From contig OY760907.1 in the NCBI GenBank assembly GCA_963664195.1, positions 2,880,001 to 2,944,000 on the forward strand: a DNA stretch of 64,000 nucleotides, read 5' to 3'. This DNA is from an uncultured candidate division Zixibacteria bacterium. GTDB taxonomy: Bacteria > Zixibacteria > MSB-5A5 > GN15 > FEB-12. Position numbers and translations under genes: made by a program. The notes below the pieces were generated by a model. It saw nothing but the letters and a program-made list of their open reading frames with translations. It had not been told where the DNA came from and made no database searches. This document shows, piece after piece, positions 58,443 through 64,000 of this stretch (positions within the stretch are counted from its first letter, which is position 1; each line of letters begins with the position of its first letter).

Positions 58443-60018
58443 GCTTCTGTTCCATAACGGACGAATCCACACCCAGGCCGATTCCCAGGTCGCCGATTCC
58501 ATGGCCGTTTATAGAAATCGCATTGTGGCGGTCGGTAAACGTTTGGAAGCCGATCCCGATTTCGACGCTTATGACCGGATTGACTTGATCGGTCGTTTCG
58601 TTTGTCCGGGGTTTGTTGATGCTCACACCCATTTCTACAACATGGCAATATTCCTCGGCCGCGTAAATCTCTCCGGCGTAGATTCGATTAAGAAATGTCT
58701 CAACAAAATCAAGAAACACGCCGCCGGTATGCCCAAGAATGCGTGGGTGGTGGGAAACGGGTATTCTCCCGACGCGTTCGCAGGGCGGGCAGAGCCGGAT
58801 CGCTTCATGCTCGACAAGGTCACCGGCGATCGCCCGGCATTCATGTTTGCCAAAGACATGCACTCGGCCTGGGTGAACAGCAGAGCGCTGGAACTGGCCG
58901 GGATCAACGCCAACACGACCAATCCTGACGGGGGAGAGATCGTCCGCCTCGACGACGGCACCCCCGCCGGTCTTCTCCGCGAGATCCCCGGCTACGAACC
59001 TGTCTGGGCACGGATTCCCGCACCCTCGAAAAGCGAACAGGACCGACTCTACAAGCGGGCTTTGGAGCTTGCTTACAAAAAGGGAGTGACCGGTGTGCAT
59101 TCGTTCGACGGTCCCGAGGCGTTTTCATATTACGCCGACCTCGCCGAGAAAAACAAGCTCGGCCTCCGGATCAACTACTACCCCAACGAGAGTTTGCTCT
59201 CACGCCTTGAAGTGACAAAAACGGTCTACGGCACCGGCAACGATTTCTTCCGGATTGCCGGGATAAAGATATTCTCCGATGGCGCCCTCGGCAGTCAAAC
59301 CGGACTCTGTTTTCACAAGTACATAGGGAGCAGGAGCAATTGCGGCATTGAGGTTGCTTCCTCTACTGTCATGAGAAAGCTGGCGAATCGTGCCGCCAAA
59401 CTCGGTCTGCCGTGCGCCATTCACGCTATCGGCGACAAGGCCGTAGCCAACGTGCTGGATGCCTTCGAGGCCGCCAGGCCCCCCAAAGGTGGAGCCAGGC
59501 ACCGGATCGAGCACCTGCAGTTGTGTCGTAAGAAAGACCTCTTACGCCTGAAACGACTCGACGTCGTAGCTTCCATGCAGCCCTCACACTGTCCGTCTGA
59601 TATCGACATGGTGCGCAAATACTGGGGGAAAAGAGGCGCCAATGCCTATCTTTTCAAGTCGGTTCTCGACAAGAAGATCGATCTTGCCTTTGGCTCCGAC
59701 GTTCCCATTGAGCCGCTTGATCCTATCGCCGGTATCGCTGCGGCGGTCAGGCGGGCGAGACCAGGTTCACGGGATGTCTTTTATCCTGAGGAGCGGCTAA
59801 CTGCCGTCCAGGCCTTGCACGCCTTTACGGCTGGCGCGGCGATTGCCAGCGGACAGCAGCATTGCCGAGGATATTTGTTGCCTGAATATCCGGCTGACTT
59901 CGTCGTACTTAGTCAGGACATAACTAAGATTGCTCCCTCGCGAATTCAGGATACGAAGGTGCTGGCGACCGTTCTGGATGGAACAATCAAGTACGCTGCC
60001 CGTTCAATTAATTGGTAA
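58432..60018 (+). CDS. YtcJ-like amidohydrolase (Amidohydro_3)
   Basis: PGFVDAHTH, HSAWVNS, KIFSDGALGS, HAIGDKA, RHRIEH, GSDVP, ADFVVL; start ATG 58432 after AGGAG, overlapping selB. Confidence 0.9.
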   Translation: MKAKLLFHNGRIHTQADSQVADSMAVYRNRIVAVGKRLEADPDFDAYDRIDLIGRFVCPGFVDAHTHFYNMAIFLGRVNLSGVDSIKKCLNKIKKHAAGMPKNAWVVGNGYSPDAFAGRAEPDRFMLDKVTGDRPAFMFAKDMHSAWVNSRALELAGINANTTNPDGGEIVRLDDGTPAGLLREIPGYEPVWARIPAPSKSEQDRLYKRALELAYKKGVTGVHSFDGPEAFSYYADLAEKNKLGLRINYYPNESLLSRLEVTKTVYGTGNDFFRIAGIKIFSDGALGSQTGLCFHKYIGSRSNCGIEVASSTVMRKLANRAAKLGLPCAIHAIGDKAVANVLDAFEAARPPKGGARHRIEHLQLCRKKDLLRLKRLDVVASMQPSHCPSDIDMVRKYWGKRGANAYLFKSVLDKKIDLAFGSDVPIEPLDPIAGIAAAVRRARPGSRDVFYPEERLTAVQALHAFTAGAAIASGQQHCRGYLLPEYPADFVVLSQDITKIAPSRIQDTKVLATVLDGTIKYAARSINW

Positions 60019-60092
60019 ACCGGCTTTGCTGATCATGCCCCGATGGGTCGTCGAACCGTATGATCTGAAACTGTTCTGCTGACCGTTTTGAT

Positions 60093-60121
60093 TTGACTTC
60101 GCAGCGTGCGCGAGTGATATT
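60093..60121 (+). promoter_or_regulatory. Putative sigma70 promoter of nfeD-stomatin
   Basis: TTGACT-17 nt-GATATT. Confidence 0.45.
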
Positions 60122-60145
60122 GAAAGAACAGGGGAAGGTGTTTTT

Positions 60146-61477
60146 ATGAGACATGCACTAATCACGACGTTACTCGGGCTGTTGCTCTTCTCTGTCGTCC
60201 TGTCCGGTCCTGCGGGAGCACAGGTGCCGGATTCTGTCGAAGTCACAAAGCCGGTGTCGGCTGTCGAGAAGGAATCGCTTGTCTACATCATGGAGCTTGA
60301 GGGAGCTATCGGTGTCGTCACCGATATGCGTATCCAGGATGCGATTTCCCTGGCCGAAGAGAACGACGCTGAACTTCTTGTGATCATGCTGGACACGCCG
60401 GGCGGGTTTGTCAACGCTACCTGGTCGATTTGTAAGAACATGCTTAACAGCCCCGTGCCGATCTGTGTGTATATTGGACCTTCCGGCGCCAGGGCGGGTT
60501 CCGCCGGCGTGTACATGACGTACGCCGCGCATATTGCGGCCATGGCGCCATCAACAAATATCGGTGCGGCGCATCCGGTCTCCGGCGGGGGACAGGAAAT
60601 CGACTCCGTGATGAACGAGAAGATCACCAACGACGCTGTCGCCCAGATCAAAGCTGCCGCCGAAAAACGTGGTCGGAATGCGGAATGGGCCGAGGAAGCC
60701 GTTCGAAAATCGGTATCGATTACGAACAAGGAGGCGCTTGAAATCGGCGTGATCGACCTCATCGCGAGTGATCTTGACGATCTATACGCACAGCTCGACG
60801 GGCACACTGTGGAACTCCCCAACGGCAAGAAGGCCCTCGCGCTTGCCGGCGTCGTCACCGAGCGGCTGAAGACCACCTTCGTTCAGCGGCTGTTGCAGGT
60901 GGTAGCTGACCCGAATATCGTTTTTATCTTGTTCTCAATAGGTGGACTGGGGCTTGTCCTGGAGCTCTACAATCCGGGAGCCATTCTTCCGGGCGTTGTG
61001 GGCGCAATCTCCTTGATACTGGCCTTCTGGGCATCTTCGGTACTGCCGATCAATTACGCGGGGGTGGCTCTGATTTTGCTTGCTGTAATCCTGTTCATCG
61101 CTGAAATCAAAATACCCTCGGCGGGTCTATTGACTGTCGGTGGAGTAATCTCTCTGTTCCTGGGAGGGCTTATGTTGATCGATACTGTGGATCCCAGCCT
61201 CCAGGTCTCGAAGACCCTGCTGGTCACGGTTGCCCTGTGTGTTGGTGTGATTGTCGCACTGGTGATCTTCTTCGTCGTCAAAGCGCAACGAAACAAGCCT
61301 TTCATAGGGGAGAGCGGATTGATCGGCAAACTGGCCGAAGTGCGCCGCAACGGACTGGTGTATGTCGACGGTGCTCTCTGGAAGGCGGAGGGAGTCGACG
61401 GTCTCGAATCGGGAACGAAAGTGGAAATTGTCGGGGTCGACAATCTGGTTCTGAAAGTCAAAACGTCAAAGTCATAA
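60146..61477 (+). CDS. nfeD: NfeD, long form (ClpP-class membrane serine protease, TM region, OB fold)
   Basis: LDTPGG, ARAGSAG, AAMAPSTNIGAAHPV, RGRNAEWAE, C-terminal VYVDGALWKA. Confidence 0.92.
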   Translation: MRHALITTLLGLLLFSVVLSGPAGAQVPDSVEVTKPVSAVEKESLVYIMELEGAIGVVTDMRIQDAISLAEENDAELLVIMLDTPGGFVNATWSICKNMLNSPVPICVYIGPSGARAGSAGVYMTYAAHIAAMAPSTNIGAAHPVSGGGQEIDSVMNEKITNDAVAQIKAAAEKRGRNAEWAEEAVRKSVSITNKEALEIGVIDLIASDLDDLYAQLDGHTVELPNGKKALALAGVVTERLKTTFVQRLLQVVADPNIVFILFSIGGLGLVLELYNPGAILPGVVGAISLILAFWASSVLPINYAGVALILLAVILFIAEIKIPSAGLLTVGGVISLFLGGLMLIDTVDPSLQVSKTLLVTVALCVGVIVALVIFFVVKAQRNKPFIGESGLIGKLAEVRRNGLVYVDGALWKAEGVDGLESGTKVEIVGVDNLVLKVKTSKS

Positions 61478-61492
61478 ACGAGGGTTGAAAAG

Positions 61493-62278
61493 ATGAATGC
61501 TGCTCCAGGTGTAGGTGTATTGATAATTGTATTCTTCGGGCTGATTCTCCTGTTCAATATGATCAAGGTGCTCAAGGAGTACGAGCGCGGCGTGATTTTC
61601 CGATTGGGTCGTCTGATCGGTGCGAAAGGTCCCGGACTGATAATCCTCATACCGATCGTTGATAAGATGGTGCGAGTGGACCTTCGCGTCATCACGTACG
61701 ACGTTCCCGCGCAGGACGTGATTACCAAAGACAACGTGTCCGTCAAAGTCAACGCGGTCCTGTATTTCCAGGTGATGGATCCGAACAAGGCGATAGTGTC
61801 GGTGGCGAACTTCTTTGAGGCGACCTCACAGATTGCTCAGACGACCCTTCGTTCCGTTCTCGGACAGGTGGAACTGGATGAACTTCTGACGAATCGAGAC
61901 AAGATCAACGCCGAACTACAGCAGATCATTGACGAACAGACTGAGCCATGGGGTATCAAAGTTTCCGTGGTGGAGGTCAAGAATGTCGACCTGCCGATAG
62001 AAATGCAGCGTGCCATGGCCAAGCAGGCGGAGGCCGAGCGTGAACGTCGCGCCAAGGTCATCCATGCGGACGGTGAATTTCAGGCATCAGCGAAACTGGC
62101 CGAGGCGGCGACAGTTATCGGGACAGCTCCCAACGCGATGCAGCTTCGTTTCCTCCAGACGTTGACAGAGGTGGCAGCGGAAAAGAACTCGACCATGATC
62201 TTCCCGGTTCCCGTCGACCTGCTGAGTGCCTTCACGAAGTATCTTGACGGCAACACGCCCGGCGGGGAGAAGGGGTAG
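61493..62278 (+). CDS. SPFH/stomatin-like (slipin) protein
   Basis: [44 protein letters not shown]. Confidence 0.95.
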   Translation: MNAAPGVGVLIIVFFGLILLFNMIKVLKEYERGVIFRLGRLIGAKGPGLIILIPIVDKMVRVDLRVITYDVPAQDVITKDNVSVKVNAVLYFQVMDPNKAIVSVANFFEATSQIAQTTLRSVLGQVELDELLTNRDKINAELQQIIDEQTEPWGIKVSVVEVKNVDLPIEMQRAMAKQAEAERERRAKVIHADGEFQASAKLAEAATVIGTAPNAMQLRFLQTLTEVAAEKNSTMIFPVPVDLLSAFTKYLDGNTPGGEKG

Positions 62279-62280
62279 TT

Positions 62281-62416
62281 GTAGGTCGGCGTTCCGAGCG
62301 TTGACCGATTGAGCGAGAAACCCGACATCTTGTGCGGGTTGAAAACGAACGAGACTTGTAGGGAAGGTTCGTCTTCGAACCTGCCGAAAGGTCGAGCCTT
62401 CTTGAGGCTCGACTAC
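62281..62416. repeat. Cluster of GTAG-type REP-like palindromes
   Basis: GTAG-GTCGG...CCGAC (62281-62326); GTAG-GGAAGGTTCG-TCTT-CGAACCTGCC (62358-62385); GTCGAGCCT-TCTTG-AGGCTCGAC ending in CTAC (62391-62416). Confidence 0.65.
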
Positions 62417-62499
62417 AAACGAATATCCAAAAAGGGGCAGAGCTACATAGATTGTGGCCTGCCCCTTTTCTTCAACGGCACTGGGTGAGGACACGACAT

Positions 62500-63168
62500 T
62501 TGAAAACGACCACGATCATACTCGCGCTGCTTCTTCTCCTGACAGGACTGTCTTACTCTGACGATGAGTTCAGTGATCTGAACGCGGAAGAGCCGGTGCG
62601 GATGGAGGGGCCTAACGTCTCGACGTTCGGAGGAGTGCACGGTGTCGCGGGCGACAACTCGCAGTTCGTGGGTGTCGAGTTGGGTATGGCCGGTACCTAT
62701 TTGGACGGTCGGTTGCAGTTCGACCACAACTTCATTCTCGCGCTACCCTGGATGCATCGGCAGGGAGTAACGCAGTTCAGCCTGCAGGCTCCCGTGAGCT
62801 TTCTGTCGCTTGCACTCGTTTATGTGACCGATGTCTACATACTGAAGCGCAAATACTACTCTTCCGCCGCCAAATTCGTTTTTCTCACTCCTAACTCAAT
62901 GTACAAATGGAAGATACTGCCCAACCTCCAACTGACCGGTGCATTCGATACACAGTACTTCTTTTTCACGCCTGAAGAGGCTGACCGCGGCATTACATTC
63001 ACGCCTTCAGTCGGCTTGACCTATTGTAAGAATAGACTGGCTGATCAGTTTAGCGTTAGTTTGCTAGTGGGCAATACCTGGTTCTGGAACTTCGACGGCG
63101 ACGATCAATCGGATGGAATCAATGTTGGCCTGTGGCTTCGTTTCTGCGGATGGGAAAAGGGGCCGTAA
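62500..63168 (+). CDS. Secreted hypothetical protein, possibly a small outer-membrane beta-barrel
   Basis: TTG start after GAGG gives the signal peptide MKTTTIILALLLLLTGLSYS; aromatic-rich amphipathic strands. Confidence 0.6.
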   Translation: MKTTTIILALLLLLTGLSYSDDEFSDLNAEEPVRMEGPNVSTFGGVHGVAGDNSQFVGVELGMAGTYLDGRLQFDHNFILALPWMHRQGVTQFSLQAPVSFLSLALVYVTDVYILKRKYYSSAAKFVFLTPNSMYKWKILPNLQLTGAFDTQYFFFTPEEADRGITFTPSVGLTYCKNRLADQFSVSLLVGNTWFWNFDGDDQSDGINVGLWLRFCGWEKGP

Positions 63169-63278
63169 GGCGAAGCGGTCGCATTGGTTTCGACCTGCGA
63201 GCTACTCTTGCGGAACCCCAACCCCCTTCCTCGGTTATATCACTCAAAGACACGTACTAAAATGGAGTGATATTGACC

Positions 63279-63662
63279 ATGAATATGCCCAAAGTCACGG
63301 CAATCTTCGCCGTCGCATTGATAATCCTCGGAATCGTCGGTTATGTAGCCACTGAAATGGTCAGCGTAACCGCCCTCATACCGGCCTTTTTCGGAATCGT
63401 CCTGCTGGCCCTCGCCCTGATGGCCCGCAAAGAGAATCTTCGCCGACACGCCATGCACGCTGCTTCGGTGCTGGGAGTCATCGGGTTCGCCGGGACGTTT
63501 AGCGGTTTGCTCGGGCTCGTTACTATGATGACCGGGGGAGAAGTCGCTAACCCGGCGGCAGTGATCGGTCGCGCGGTCATGGCGGTGCTTTGTCTGGCGT
63601 TTGTGGCGTTGTGCGTCAAGTCGTTCCTCGACGCCCGACGTCTGCGAACGGCCGAAGCGTAG
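63279..63662 (+). CDS. Small four-TM membrane protein
   Basis: GIVGY...SVTALIPAFFG...RRHAMH; GGAG upstream of ATG 63279. Confidence 0.75.
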   Translation: MNMPKVTAIFAVALIILGIVGYVATEMVSVTALIPAFFGIVLLALALMARKENLRRHAMHAASVLGVIGFAGTFSGLLGLVTMMTGGEVANPAAVIGRAVMAVLCLAFVALCVKSFLDARRLRTAEA

Positions 63663-63911
63663 GTGCCCCTCGTGTATTCATCCGGTAGCCCAGGATTATC
63701 TCCCTCCCCATACCCCTTCAACTCCCCATAAGTTAAAGACTTGACCGCTATCTCCGAAAAGCTGTACGTTTGACTCATTAGACCCAATTGTGGTTTGAAG
63801 AGCACACGTATTGTCTTTATCAACAGAGCACACGGATGCAGCACATCCCGTCGAGGGATGCTGTTTGACAACTGTAGGAAACCTGGCCGGAAGTCCGGCT
63901 AGGAGGGGACC

Positions 63912-64000
63912 ATGCATTCGAGAAGCAGACGCTCGCAGAGAAGAGCCCTCATTCGGTTATTGGTTATTTCGCCACTCACCGTGGTCGGAGTGATTGCGGT
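63912..64000 (+). CDS. 3'-truncated ORF, probable signal peptide or N-terminal anchor
   Basis: AGGAGG RBS, then MHSRSRRSQRRALIRLLVISPLTVVGVIA, open to the window end. Confidence 0.55.
   Translation, partial: MHSRSRRSQRRALIRLLVISPLTVVGVIA

Overview
Gene-dense, mostly + strand chromosomal window from a diderm bacterium of the FCB superphylum, most likely candidate phylum Zixibacteria or a relative (inferred from protein families; no rRNA marker is present). Its main feature is a ~29-kb co-directional cell-envelope cluster (8984-37899). In order, it encodes the T9SS sortase PorU, a 920-aa PorV with a ~590-aa propeller/LysM-like insertion, an M6 metalloprotease with a T9SS CTD, two DUF5683-like paralogues, an NHL lipoprotein, a half-size SprA-like barrel, an Omp85/TamA protein, a DGGGP-synthase-like prenyltransferase and an expanded moxR/DUF58/batA-E operon. 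Full-length sprA lies at 48.9-55.0 kb. No gldK/L/M/N motor genes are in the window. Also present are two tandem T9SS cargo paralogues with near-identical ends and divergent cores, asparaginase II, tryptophanase, corA, bshC-bshA-bshB1, a CDF transporter, selC (tRNA-Sec with a non-canonical 12-bp acceptor/T helix), selA, selB, recG, murB, an amidohydrolase and an nfeD-stomatin pair. Non-coding features include REP-like palindrome clusters and a long structured 5' leader upstream of porU. I found no CRISPR array, prophage or transposase. All calls come from manual motif recognition, without database searches.
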